DNA of 60,408 bases from an uncultured Pelagibacteraceae bacterium (lineage in GTDB: Bacteria; Pseudomonadota; Alphaproteobacteria; Pelagibacterales; AG-422-B15), in assembly GCA_902611715.1 (NCBI GenBank), contig CACMAQ010000004.1, forward strand, positions 1 through 60,408, in the 5' to 3' direction. The notes beneath the pieces are model-generated. The model saw only the letters and a program-made list of their open reading frames with translations. It was not told where the DNA came from and did no database searches. Shown one piece after another: positions 39,570 through 49,489 of the stretch. Position 1 is the stretch's first letter. Each line of letters opens with the position of its first letter. The position numbers were made by a program, and so were the translations under genes.

Positions 39570-41240
39570 ATGGTAAAAATCGATACTGAATACGACTATA
39601 TCATTGTTGGCGCTGGATCTGCTGGCTGTGTATTAGCGAATAGATTGACCTCAAATTCAAAGAATACTGTCCTTCTTCTTGAAGCGGGCGGGGAAGACAA
39701 ATCCTTAACCTTAAAGATGCCTGCTGCCGTTTTATCGAATCTCAAAAGTACTAAACACAATTGGGCATTTAAAGGTGAGCCAGAACCCGAACTAAATGGC
39801 CGTCAACTTCAACATGACCGTGGTAAAACCATTGGTGGCTCATCATCAATAAATGGAATGGTCTATATAAGAGGAAACACACTTGATTATGAGGGTTGGA
39901 GACAAATGGGATGCGATGGATGGGGATATGCAGATGTCTTGCCATATTTTAAGAAAATGGAATGTTACAGTGGAGGAGGGGATGATTTTCGAGGTGAGTC
40001 AGGTCCATTAAAGGTACATAGAAGCATTCCCAAAGACCCACTTTCACTGGCTTTTATTAATGCAGGAAAAGAAGCAGGATATAAAGAAACAGATGATATA
40101 AGTGGATTTTGCCAAGAAGGTTTTGGTATATTTGATCGGACAGTATTCAACGGTGAGCGATGGAGCGCATCAAAGGGTTACCTTGATCCGATACGTAATA
40201 GAAAAAACTTAACAATTTTAACAAATGCGCTTGTTTGTAATTTAAGTTTTAAAGATAACACAGCAGAAGGCATATGTTTTAAAAATAAAAATAATGAAAC
40301 AGTAAATGTAAAGGCAAAAAAAGAAGTAATTCTGAGTGCTGGTGCAGTTGGATCACCACACATACTTATGCTCTCAGGAATTGGGCCGAAAGAGCATTTA
40401 GATTCAATAGGAGTTAATACATTAGCTGATTTACAGGGTGTTGGACAAAATCTTCAAGATCATCCTGATTTTATAATGAAATATAAATGCTTAAAACCTG
40501 TTTCACTTTGGCCAAAAACAAAGAGATTAAGTAGTATAGGATCTGGTATACAATGGCTAATAACTAAAGAGGGTATGTGTGCATCCAATCACTTCGATAC
40601 TGTTGCATGTGTAAGATCAGCACCTGGTGTTGAGTACCCTGACCTACAATTATGTATTTCACCAATTGCCATGAAAGACAATAGTTGGGAACTGCTTCAA
40701 GAACATGCATTTCAAGTTCACGTCGGTTTGATGCGAACTCACAGTCGTGGTAAGATCGAATTACGATCAAAAAATCCTGCTGATCCGCCTCGTATTCTTG
40801 TCAATTATCTCAAAGACAAACGTGATAGAGAATTGTTACGAAAGGGCATTCATTTGGCTCGCGAACTACTTAATCAACCTGCTTTTTCAAACATAAAGGG
40901 TGATGAAATCTTTCCTGGTGAAAACTTCAAATCAGATGACGAACTTGATGCAAAATTAAATTCCAACATTACGAGTCAATGGCACTTATGCTGCACGGCA
41001 CGCATGGGGTTAAAAACAGATAAATATGCAGTTGTTGATAATCAAGGCAGAGTTCACGGTTTCAATAGTTTGCGTGTTGTTGATGCTTCGATTATGCCTT
41101 TTGCGACAAATGGAAATACAAATGCACCAACAATTATGATTGCTGAAAAAATAAGTGACAATATATTGGGTGATAAGCCTCTGCCCCGAATAGAATTAAA
41201 AACTTGGCAAAGTCCTAACTATCAGATTTATCAAAGGTAA
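39570..41240 (+). CDS. betA: GMC oxidoreductase, choline dehydrogenase-like
   Basis: GAGSAG, GGSSSINGM, NLQDH and GNTNAPTIMIAEK motifs; substrate unverified. Confidence 0.75.
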   Translation: MVKIDTEYDYIIVGAGSAGCVLANRLTSNSKNTVLLLEAGGEDKSLTLKMPAAVLSNLKSTKHNWAFKGEPEPELNGRQLQHDRGKTIGGSSSINGMVYIRGNTLDYEGWRQMGCDGWGYADVLPYFKKMECYSGGGDDFRGESGPLKVHRSIPKDPLSLAFINAGKEAGYKETDDISGFCQEGFGIFDRTVFNGERWSASKGYLDPIRNRKNLTILTNALVCNLSFKDNTAEGICFKNKNNETVNVKAKKEVILSAGAVGSPHILMLSGIGPKEHLDSIGVNTLADLQGVGQNLQDHPDFIMKYKCLKPVSLWPKTKRLSSIGSGIQWLITKEGMCASNHFDTVACVRSAPGVEYPDLQLCISPIAMKDNSWELLQEHAFQVHVGLMRTHSRGKIELRSKNPADPPRILVNYLKDKRDRELLRKGIHLARELLNQPAFSNIKGDEIFPGENFKSDDELDAKLNSNITSQWHLCCTARMGLKTDKYAVVDNQGRVHGFNSLRVVDASIMPFATNGNTNAPTIMIAEKISDNILGDKPLPRIELKTWQSPNYQIYQR

Positions 41241-41252
41241 GTATTTAGATCG

Positions 41253-41295
41253 TAAAATATTAATACATAAGTATTAGTGTTAAAATATACTAATT
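41253..41295 (+). repeat. 43-bp imperfect direct repeat, right copy
   Basis: taaaatattaatacataagtattagtgttaaaatatactaatt; contains an internal hairpin. Confidence 0.85.
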
Positions 41296-41357
41296 ACTCA
41301 CTCAAATTTCATACTTAACATAAAGTCAATCAATAATTTGTTTACAAAGGAGATCTT

Positions 41358-41666
41358 ATGTTACACATAAGCAAATGGGAAAGACAAGAAAATGCAAGCA
41401 GAGATAAACTGGGAACAGCTGCATTGAATTTGTGTAAGGTTGCAAAAAGTACTGATGGAGTTCGTTCAGCAAAGTTCTATTGGCCAAATCCAAATATGGT
41501 TGCATTCGTAGTTGAAGCTGAAACAGGTTCATGGGGAATTGGAGCTGAGCCTACGGGTGAGGCAATGAAGGCATTTTTTGATTTAGGTGATGCTGCATCT
41601 TGCGTGATGGATGAAACATGGGTTGATGCTAGTCTTGGTCAAAAAAGGTCTGATAGAGCAGGCTAA
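41358..41666 (+). CDS. Hypothetical protein
   Basis: AAAGGAG RBS; 102-aa frame with natural composition. Confidence 0.8.
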   Translation: MLHISKWERQENASRDKLGTAALNLCKVAKSTDGVRSAKFYWPNPNMVAFVVEAETGSWGIGAEPTGEAMKAFFDLGDAASCVMDETWVDASLGQKRSDRAG

Positions 41667-41676
41667 TAGGAATTCT

Positions 41677-41768
<92 letters not shown>

Positions 41769-41811
41769 CTTGAAGAAATTAATTTATTGAATTTATTATT
41801 TAAAACAATAA

Positions 41812-42210
41812 TTAATTTAGAAACCCAACTTTGCTGATTGTATATACAGTCAGTAGTGAAATTGCAGTACAAAGTGCCATACCCCATGCAATATCTGAAA
41901 TGACAATAGTCCAGTTAAATACATTAAACACCGCTTTTACAGTTAGTGCATATGTTGCGTAAGTTGCAAGTCCATACATAGCAGCTGGCACTATTACACT
42001 TGTTAAAGAAGCATTCTTAAATGGAGCCACTACAAAATAAACTAGCCCGAGTACAAATATTAGATAAAAAATTACAGCGGAAGTTATATCGAGATTAATT
42101 TTTAGATTATCTGGAAGATTTTTATTATAAATACGTACAACAAATGTTTGAATACCGATTGTATCTATTATCAAAAAGTAAAATAGGGTAGTCAAATAGA
42201 GTTTTATCAT
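41812..42210 (-). CDS. DUF2177 family membrane protein
   Basis: YGLATYATYALT and DIAWG motifs; ATG start at 42210. Confidence 0.85.
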   Translation of the reverse strand: MIKLYLTTLFYFLIIDTIGIQTFVVRIYNKNLPDNLKINLDITSAVIFYLIFVLGLVYFVVAPFKNASLTSVIVPAAMYGLATYATYALTVKAVFNVFNWTIVISDIAWGMALCTAISLLTVYTISKVGFLN

Positions 42211-42224
42211 AGACAATTAAATTA

Positions 42225-42680
42225 ATGAATAAACAAGCTTTGATCAATGCATTATTTAGTTCATTAGGAGCTTTTGTGTGTATAGGATTTTTAGCATATT
42301 TAAATTCTTCTATTGAAGGTGCGATATGGCTTATACCGCCCTTTGGCGCATCAATGGTTTTAGTCATGGCTGTTTATGATAGCCCACTAGCAAAACCTAA
42401 AAATTTAATTCTTGGCCATATACTATCAGCATTGTCTGGAGTAATTATTTTTTATCTTCTCGGTAATACGTTTATCTCGTTAGGCTTAGGAGTGGCTTTA
42501 GCTGTTTTTGTAATGATGATGACTAACACCGTACATCCTCCAGCAGGAGCAAACCCAATAATTGTGATATTAACTGGCCAGAGTATAAGCTTTGTTTTCT
42601 TACCTGTTGCTGTTGGGGCTTTTATAATTGTTGTTTTTGCTTATTTGTATAACAGGCTTCTTAAGAGAAATTATATCTAA
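42225..42680 (+). CDS. HPP family membrane protein
   Basis: PPFGAS, SPLAKP and HPPAGA motifs. Confidence 0.92.
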   Translation: MNKQALINALFSSLGAFVCIGFLAYLNSSIEGAIWLIPPFGASMVLVMAVYDSPLAKPKNLILGHILSALSGVIIFYLLGNTFISLGLGVALAVFVMMMTNTVHPPAGANPIIVILTGQSISFVFLPVAVGAFIIVVFAYLYNRLLKRNYI

Positions 42681-42961
42681 GAGATTTTATTAAGCTTTTC
42701 TACTTCAGTGCAATACTGATCAATAAAAGCTGATCTCATTGGATTTGGAGGCAAGCGATCGAATTTAAACGATTCAATGTTCTTTAGTTGATTTGTAGAG
42801 ATTTTTGTTTTTGAAGCGATGGTTTTTAAATCTATTGAGATAGATTTTCTTAATTTTGAAATTTCCTTAATTTTATTTACCAGCTCTTCGTCCATATCAG
42901 TTTTGCTGTTATCAAGTTTTTTATATGGCATGACAAACATTCCAGTTTCATTTTGTACCAT
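42677..42961 (-). CDS. Short XRE/HTH_25 protein resembling the RodZ N-terminus
   Basis: IASKTKIS...LKNIE...FD.LP....AFIDQY; ATG 42961 after GGAG. Confidence 0.7.
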   Translation of the reverse strand: MVQNETGMFVMPYKKLDNSKTDMDEELVNKIKEISKLRKSISIDLKTIASKTKISTNQLKNIESFKFDRLPPNPMRSAFIDQYCTEVEKLNKIS

Positions 42962-42987
42962 ATAAGTGATTTCTCCAAGTGTTAATT

Positions 42988-43014
42988 TGTAGGTGCAGAA
43001 AAACCGCACCTACA
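42988..43014 (-). other. GC-rich stem-loop upstream of the HTH gene
   Basis: tgtaggtgcgg-ttttt-ctgcacctaca (minus strand), 11-bp stem, no U-tract. Confidence 0.6.
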
Positions 43015-43093
43015 TTGGGCTTTAAATTAATTATCTAATAATATGGTTTAAAATTAAAGCTTATAAATACCCATTTTGGGTTATCTTAACGAT

Positions 43094-44284
43094 CTATATT
43101 TTACTTGGACCTTCAAATAAAACGTCAGCATTTTTTAATCTATCAATTAATGTTGACCCTAGGCCAGTTGAAGTAGTTAAGACACCACCAGCGTTGGTAT
43201 GGGGGAGATTTTCACTATTTAATGCAAGACATAGAGCGGACTCGCATATTAATTTAGCAGTTGATTTATAACCGGGATCACCTTTGCAAAACATCCTCAC
43301 TTTATATTTTTCGTTATTTTTATTTTTTCCGATAAAAATACTCTCAAACCAACCATTTTCTCTTGTTTTTTTATCAGGTCCATTACCAGCTTTAGTAAAT
43401 AATTTTCTAAAGAGACCACTTATTGGACTTATTAACATCAGTCCAAAAACAGCAAGTCCGGCTGTCACAAGAAATGCAGAACTGTATTTTTTTAACATCA
43501 TATATTCTTGATATTTAAATTCACTTCCATAACTTGCCTGATTTTTATCATGGATTTCAGAGCTTCTTCTGACAACTCTAGTGTTTGCAATTGCCATAAC
43601 AAAGGGCGCAGACCATAATTTAATATCATCGATGTATTTTATTTTGAAATTATCCTTATTTTCAGAAACATTTTGAGTTGTTATATATTCCTTTGAATTG
43701 AGTAAAAATGGATGTCCCATTGAATATTTGCTTTTGTAGTTACGCATGGAAAATGCACTTTCAATCGTACCACCACTTACACCTCCATTACCTCGATGAT
43801 AACCATCAATTCTCTGTAACTCTTGATTGAGACTTCTTTGCAAGTAAAAGCACCCCATATCTGATGGAATAGAGTCATAACCACATGATGGAATAATTTT
43901 TATTTGCTTTTTTTCTGCTGCCTCGTGATGTTTATCAATAAGATCACGTACCCATATATTTTCCCCAGTAATGTCTAAATAATGAGTTCCAGCTTCAACG
44001 CATTGTGTAACTAAATTATTACTATACTTGTTAAATGGACCAGCTAAAGATGCAATAACACGCGTTTTGGAAGCAATTCTTAGCAAATTTTCATTATCTT
44101 CACTGTCTGCAATAAAATAATCAGGTTTACACTTACTATTTTTGGATATGTTGACTAATTTATCCTCATTACGTCCCGCTATAGCCCAATTTAGGTCGCT
44201 ATAGTTTTCATCTAAGTACTCAACAGCTAATCTTCCGGTAAAACCAGATGCCCCATAGATTATTAAATCGTATTCTCTATTCAT
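43094..44284 (-). CDS. Saccharopine dehydrogenase-like oxidoreductase
   Basis: GASGFTG, AGR, GP, DITGE, GYDSIPSD and GDPGY motifs. Confidence 0.88.
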   Translation of the reverse strand: MNREYDLIIYGASGFTGRLAVEYLDENYSDLNWAIAGRNEDKLVNISKNSKCKPDYFIADSEDNENLLRIASKTRVIASLAGPFNKYSNNLVTQCVEAGTHYLDITGENIWVRDLIDKHHEAAEKKQIKIIPSCGYDSIPSDMGCFYLQRSLNQELQRIDGYHRGNGGVSGGTIESAFSMRNYKSKYSMGHPFLLNSKEYITTQNVSENKDNFKIKYIDDIKLWSAPFVMAIANTRVVRRSSEIHDKNQASYGSEFKYQEYMMLKKYSSAFLVTAGLAVFGLMLISPISGLFRKLFTKAGNGPDKKTRENGWFESIFIGKNKNNEKYKVRMFCKGDPGYKSTAKLICESALCLALNSENLPHTNAGGVLTTSTGLGSTLIDRLKNADVLFEGPSKI

Positions 44285-44323
44285 ATTTATGTAATATTTG
44301 CAAAATTATGTTAAAATTATCGT

Positions 44324-44407
44324 ATGTTAGACTGGATAATAGGTGGCCTAGTAACGATCTCATTCTTATATCTACTTTATTGGGCATTGACACTGATTTT
44401 TGCATAG
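44324..44407 (+). CDS. Unannotated 27-aa TM peptide MLDWIIGGLVTISFLYLLYWALTLIFA
   Basis: Open frame in a 320-bp spacer; entirely hydrophobic helix. Confidence 0.55.
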   Translation: MLDWIIGGLVTISFLYLLYWALTLIFA

Positions 44408-44408
44408 A

Positions 44409-44531
44409 GTGATCGAGTTTTTAATTTCATTATTTCAAGACCTTTCACTTATATTTTATGCATTTTCATTCATTATTTTGATTTTGATAGTGGGAGCGTA
44501 TTTATTCAATTTTTTTAAAAATATTAAGTAA
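44409..44531 (+). CDS. Unannotated 40-aa TM peptide MIEFLISLFQDLSLIFYAFSFIILILIVGAYLFNFFKNIK
   Basis: GTG 1 nt after the previous stop; TM helix with basic C-tail. Confidence 0.5.
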   Translation: MIEFLISLFQDLSLIFYAFSFIILILIVGAYLFNFFKNIK

Positions 44532-44604
44532 AATCAGTATATTATAATATTATATTCAAATAATACTTTAATATTAATTTTTATTAAAAATTTACTTTAT
44601 TAAA

Positions 44605-45504
44605 ATGATACAAAATATTGATTATATTGACAAAAATAGAATTACTCGAGGTATAGTTGCAAATGCTAATAATGATTTGATTCTAAAGACAATTATGGAT
44701 GCAGAAAGTCAAAAATTAATAAATCCAGTACTCATAGGAAATATTGAATTTATGACAGCCTTCATTGATAAGCATGAGTGGTCATTATCAAAAGATAAAT
44801 TAATTGAGAGTTATTCAGAAGAAGAGTCATCAAAAATTGCCTGTGAGGTAGCGAGTAGGGACACCGGTTTAGAAAAAAATATAATCATAAAAGGCCATCT
44901 TCATACAGATGTTTTAATGGGCGAGTATATAAAAAAAGAATATAATTTAAGAATAAGGGGAAAGCGCTTAAGCCACATTTGGTTTATGACTTTTCCAAAT
45001 GATTCACGTAATCCAATTATTATTACTGATGGTGCTTTGAATATATCCCCAAGTTTAGAGACAAAAAAACATATTTTATCGAATGTACTCGATTACATTA
45101 AAAAAATTTCTTCTTTCGATCCATATGTTGCCGTTTTATCAGCAACCGAAGAGAAACTAAAGCAAATGCCAAGCTCTATTGAAGCACATGATCTCGTTGA
45201 ATGGGCAAAAAGTAATTACTCAGATACTCCTGTTGAAGGACCTTTTGCTTTGGATAATGCTATTTCACAAGAATCCGCAAAAATAAAAGGAACACTAGGG
45301 AAAGTTCCAGGTAATGCCAATGTTATTATTGTTCCAAATATAGAAACAGGAAATGCACTCGTTAAATCTCTTGTACATTTTGCGAACGCTACTGCTGGAG
45401 GATTTGTAATTGGCGGTAAAAGTCCTGTTGTTATAACAAGTAGATCAGATGATGAAAAATCTAGAATAGCATCTATTGTAAATGCAGTAATTTGTACATA
45501 TTAA
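44605..45504 (+). CDS. Phosphate acetyl/butyryltransferase family
   Basis: KGHLHT, LSH, TDGALN, GPFALDNAIS and TSRSD motifs. Confidence 0.88.
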   Translation: MIQNIDYIDKNRITRGIVANANNDLILKTIMDAESQKLINPVLIGNIEFMTAFIDKHEWSLSKDKLIESYSEEESSKIACEVASRDTGLEKNIIIKGHLHTDVLMGEYIKKEYNLRIRGKRLSHIWFMTFPNDSRNPIIITDGALNISPSLETKKHILSNVLDYIKKISSFDPYVAVLSATEEKLKQMPSSIEAHDLVEWAKSNYSDTPVEGPFALDNAISQESAKIKGTLGKVPGNANVIIVPNIETGNALVKSLVHFANATAGGFVIGGKSPVVITSRSDDEKSRIASIVNAVICTY

Positions 45505-46672
45505 TTATTTAAAAGCTTGATTTAAGTCCTCTATAAGATCATCACTGTCTTCTATGCCAACAGATAATCTGACAAGCTTTTTGGGTACTTGATTAAAGGA
45601 TTTATCGTCTAAATATGCATGTGTCATTAAAGCAGGGGACTCTATTAAAGACTCAACTCCCCCCCAAACTCTCAGCTATAGTAAAAATTCTTAATTTACG
45701 CATAAATTTGGATATTTCTGACATATTCCCATCATAGATAAAAGTGATCATTCCACCAAAACCGTTCATTTGTTTCTGTGCAATATCTTTCTGTTTATGA
45801 TTTGGTAATCCAGGATACGTTACGTTTAATGCTTTTTTATGTGATCTTAAAAAGCGAGCAACTTTAATTCCATTTTCATTATGTTTTTTCATTCTAATAG
45901 CTAGTGTTTTAATTCCTCTCAAGGTAAGAAAACAATCAAAAGGACTTGGAACGGCGCCCGTAGAATTTTGTATTAGGGCTAATTTTTTCTCAAGTTTCTT
46001 ATTCTTTCTAATTACCAAGGCTCCACCAATAACATCAGAGTGACCGTTGATATATTTTGTTGTCGAGTGATTAACAATATCAATTCCATGCTCAAGCGGT
46101 CTTTGATTGTAAGGTGTGGCAAATGTATTATCACATACAGTTATAAGCTTATTTTTTCTTGCAATACGCGCTATTCTTTTTAAGTCTGTAATTTTTAGCA
46201 ATGGGTTTGTTGGAGTTTCAATCCAAATCATTTTTGTATTCTTTTTAATTTCTTTTGAAAAATTTGTATTTAAATCAATGAATGTGAATTCAATATTTGA
46301 TGACTTGCTCTTAATTTCATTAAACAATCTAAAAGTGCCGCCATATAGGTCATCAAAAGCAATTACATGATCTCCAGGATTTAGAAGATCTAAAACCGCT
46401 GTTTGAGCAGCAACCCCTGAAGCAAACGCAAATGCTTTATGTCCGCTTTCTAATTCAGCAATTGAATTTTCTAAAACTTCTCTCGTAGGATTTTGACTTC
46501 TTGAATATTCATATCCTTTATGCTCCCCAGGTCTATCATGAGCATAAGTGGATGTAGCATAAATAGGAGTCATTACGGCTCCAGTTAATGGATCCGTTTT
46601 AACTCCAGCGTGTACTGATAAAGTATCAAGCTGATTTATTTTTTTTATATAAGATTTTTTTCTTTTAACCAT
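45505..46672 (-). pseudogene. Cystathionine gamma-lyase/synthase with +1 frameshift in a G7 run
   Basis: YSRSQNPT, ETPTNP, DNTFATP and HSTTKY motifs; second frame continues GVESLIESPALMTH...RLSVGIED to a stop at 45505. Confidence 0.85.
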
Positions 46673-47616
46673 TCTTCATTATATGCTGTATTTAAATATT
46701 TTTCACCATTATCGCAAACAAATGTAACAACATTTTTTTCTTTATCTTGGTCCTTGCAATATTTAATTGCTGCTGAAATAAGAGTTCCACTTGATGAACC
46801 TCCTAATATTCCCTCTTTCAAAGCCAATTCTCTAATCATGCTAAATGCTTCTTCATTTGTAACTTCATAAGCTTTTTTTATATACTTTAATTCTAAAGTG
46901 TCAGGAATGAAATCTTCACCTATGCCCTCAACAAGCCATGAATAGTCTGCTTTTTTTAATGGTTTGTTTTCAACAGCATCTTTAACTATTGAACCCTTTG
47001 GATCTGCAAGAACCATTTCGGTTTTTGGACTATGCTCAGAAAAAAATTTACCCAAGCCTGAAATTGTTCCTCCTGTACCAACCCCGCAAACAACAGCATC
47101 AACATCATTACTCATTTGATCCAGAATTTCTGGACCAGTTGAATATTCATGAGCCTGGGGATTTGACATATTTGTAAACTGGTTGGCCATAAATGAATCA
47201 GGAGTATTATTTGCAACTTCTTTAGCCACATTTACATAATGCTCAAGACTATCAGGTCCCACATCACTCCTTGCCAAAATAACTTCTGCGCCGAGAGATT
47301 TAAGATGAAGTATTTTGTTATGGTTCATCTTATCAAGAATTACAACTTTTGACTTATATCCTTTTAAAAGTGCAATCAATGCTAGGCCAAGGCCGGTGTT
47401 ACCAGCTGTAGCTTCAACAACTGTTGATCCTTTCTTTAACTTCCCTTGAGCTTCAGCATCCTCAATGATTCTTAGAGCCACTCTATCCTTTATGGATGAG
47501 CCTGGATTAAGGCTTTCCATTTTAAGAAAAAGATTACATTTTCCGGTGTCTAAATTTTTAGCTTGAACAATCGGAGTATTACCAATTAAATCAACCAATG
47601 ACTTTATTTTCTTCAT
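46645..47616 (-). CDS. PLP-dependent cysteine synthase / cystathionine beta-synthase family
   Basis: IGNTP, NPGSSIKDR, TAGNTG, GTGGT and EGIGEDF motifs. Confidence 0.9.
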   Translation of the reverse strand: MKKIKSLVDLIGNTPIVQAKNLDTGKCNLFLKMESLNPGSSIKDRVALRIIEDAEAQGKLKKGSTVVEATAGNTGLGLALIALLKGYKSKVVILDKMNHNKILHLKSLGAEVILARSDVGPDSLEHYVNVAKEVANNTPDSFMANQFTNMSNPQAHEYSTGPEILDQMSNDVDAVVCGVGTGGTISGLGKFFSEHSPKTEMVLADPKGSIVKDAVENKPLKKADYSWLVEGIGEDFIPDTLELKYIKKAYEVTNEEAFSMIRELALKEGILGGSSSGTLISAAIKYCKDQDKEKNVVTFVCDNGEKYLNTAYNEEWLKEKNLI

Positions 47617-48629
47617 CAAATTTAATTATTTATATTTCTAAATTAGTTAATATATTCACTGTAATAACAGTATTTACTATAATTAATTTATCTACATTGC
47701 AAGCAGATGAACAAGGATCTTTTGAAGATTGGCTTATTTATATCGAAAATCTCGCGCTCAAAGAGGGGATCTCAAAAGAAACAATAAATAATAGCATCAA
47801 GAATATTACACAGAATGAAAGAGTATTAGAACTCGATAGATCTCAACCTGAATTTACTCTTACACTTGAGAAATATTTATCTAATACCACTCCTGCAAGT
47901 AGAGTGAAAAAAGGGAAAAAGCTCTATAAAGAAAATAAAAATATTTTAGAAAAAGTTTCAAATGAATTTGGTGTTCAACCACGCTTTCTTTTAGCACTAT
48001 GGGGTATAGAAACAAGTTTTGGTAAATTTACAGGATCATTTAATGTAATACGATCACTCTCAACATTATCTCACGATCTTCGCAGAAGAGACTTTTTTAC
48101 TGAAGAGCTAATTAATGCACTTAAAATTATTAATGAAGGACATATTGATGCAGAGAATATGATGGGTTCTTGGGCAGGTGCAATGGGTCAAAACCAATTT
48201 ATGCCCTCTAGTTTTCTAAGTTACGCAATTGATTACAATGAGGATGAAAAAAAAGATATATGGACCACCCTAGATGATGTATTTGCATCTTCCGCTAATT
48301 ATTTAAGCGGCTCAGGATGGGATAATAACCTTACGTGGGGCAGGGAAGTCATTACTACCCAACCTATAAATAAGGACCTTATTACCACTTCTGCAAAAAA
48401 AATAGAAATTTCAAAAAAATTATCTGAATGGTCAGAATTAGGAGTTTTAAAAGCAAATGGAGGAAAACTTCCAAATAAAAACTTAGATGCATATTTAGTA
48501 TTTCCTGAAGGTGAAGACGGAAAAAAATTCTTAGTATATGAAAATTTCAAAGTCATCATGAAGTGGAATAGGTCATTATTTTTTGGAATATCAGTTGGCA
48601 CTCTTTCTGATATGATAGAATATCATTGA
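47598..48629 (+). CDS. Lytic murein transglycosylase, MltB-like (start uncertain)
   Basis: QPEF, WGIETSFG and GSWAGAMGQNQFMPSS motifs. Confidence 0.9.
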   Translation: MTLFSSSNLIIYISKLVNIFTVITVFTIINLSTLQADEQGSFEDWLIYIENLALKEGISKETINNSIKNITQNERVLELDRSQPEFTLTLEKYLSNTTPASRVKKGKKLYKENKNILEKVSNEFGVQPRFLLALWGIETSFGKFTGSFNVIRSLSTLSHDLRRRDFFTEELINALKIINEGHIDAENMMGSWAGAMGQNQFMPSSFLSYAIDYNEDEKKDIWTTLDDVFASSANYLSGSGWDNNLTWGREVITTQPINKDLITTSAKKIEISKKLSEWSELGVLKANGGKLPNKNLDAYLVFPEGEDGKKFLVYENFKVIMKWNRSLFFGISVGTLSDMIEYH

Positions 48630-49480
48630 TGAAATATATTTATTTATTATTAATTCTTTTATTGTCACAATGCGCTGCTGTTAATATCGTTCCATTAGCA
48701 ATTGAAGATAGTAATAAAAATAAAAATATTTCACTTATAGAGAAATATATCGAGGATCCTTATCAGGTTGATGGTAAATGGTTTTATCCGAGAGATTATA
48801 AATCGTTTATAGAAGTAGGAATTGCTGAAATTGAGATTGAATTAAACAATGGCGACTTGACAACAAATAAGGAATTTTTTCATAATGAAGCATTCTCTGG
48901 ATCTCATAGATCACTTCCTTTGCCATCTATCCTTGAAGTTACAAACTTAGAAAACGGAAGAAAAACAAAAGTAAGAGTCAATAACAGGGGAGCTTATTCA
49001 TCTACGCATATAATAAGTTTATCATCAGGAGTATTTAAAGAATTAAATTTGAATAGCGGAGGTGGGTTGGTGAAAATAGAACTGATTAATACAAATGAAA
49101 GCTTTATTCTGTCTGAAACACAAACTTTTGAAGAGGAGAAGAGGGTGGTAGAAGCACCCATCTCAGATGTTGTTGTGATAGATGCTGAAATTACTAATTC
49201 AGAAATACTTACTAATGTGTCTGATATTCAGACTACAGAGAAACGGCAATATAATGAAATTTATCTAAATATTGCAACATTTTCATTTTTAGAAAACGCA
49301 AAAATTGTTTTAGATGAATTATCCAATTTCAAAGCTAAAGTCTATAACATGACAACTAATGGGGGTGCTCAAATATTTAGAGTACTTATTGGGCCATATG
49401 AAGACGTGAATAAGTTAATCAATGATCTCAAAGATGACACATTCAAAAAATATGAAGATTTATCAATATTTTTAATATAA
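48626..49480 (+). CDS. rlpA: RlpA-like lipoprotein with SPOR domain
   Basis: Lipobox-like LSQC, HRSLPLPS..VTNLENG, RVNNRG and RVLIGP motifs. Confidence 0.8.
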   Translation: MMKYIYLLLILLLSQCAAVNIVPLAIEDSNKNKNISLIEKYIEDPYQVDGKWFYPRDYKSFIEVGIAEIEIELNNGDLTTNKEFFHNEAFSGSHRSLPLPSILEVTNLENGRKTKVRVNNRGAYSSTHIISLSSGVFKELNLNSGGGLVKIELINTNESFILSETQTFEEEKRVVEAPISDVVVIDAEITNSEILTNVSDIQTTEKRQYNEIYLNIATFSFLENAKIVLDELSNFKAKVYNMTTNGGAQIFRVLIGPYEDVNKLINDLKDDTFKKYEDLSIFLI

Positions 49481-49489
49481 AAAGATAAT

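Noticed and set aside
41253-41295. The betA-flanking repeat as a dif/pdif site
   Set aside because: cataa and tagtgttaaaa are 4 bp apart rather than 6 and the left copy matches poorly
44289-44316. XerD-like arm ttatgttaaaa at 44306-44316
   Set aside because: No XerC-like arm 6 bp upstream; more likely AT-rich promoter sequence
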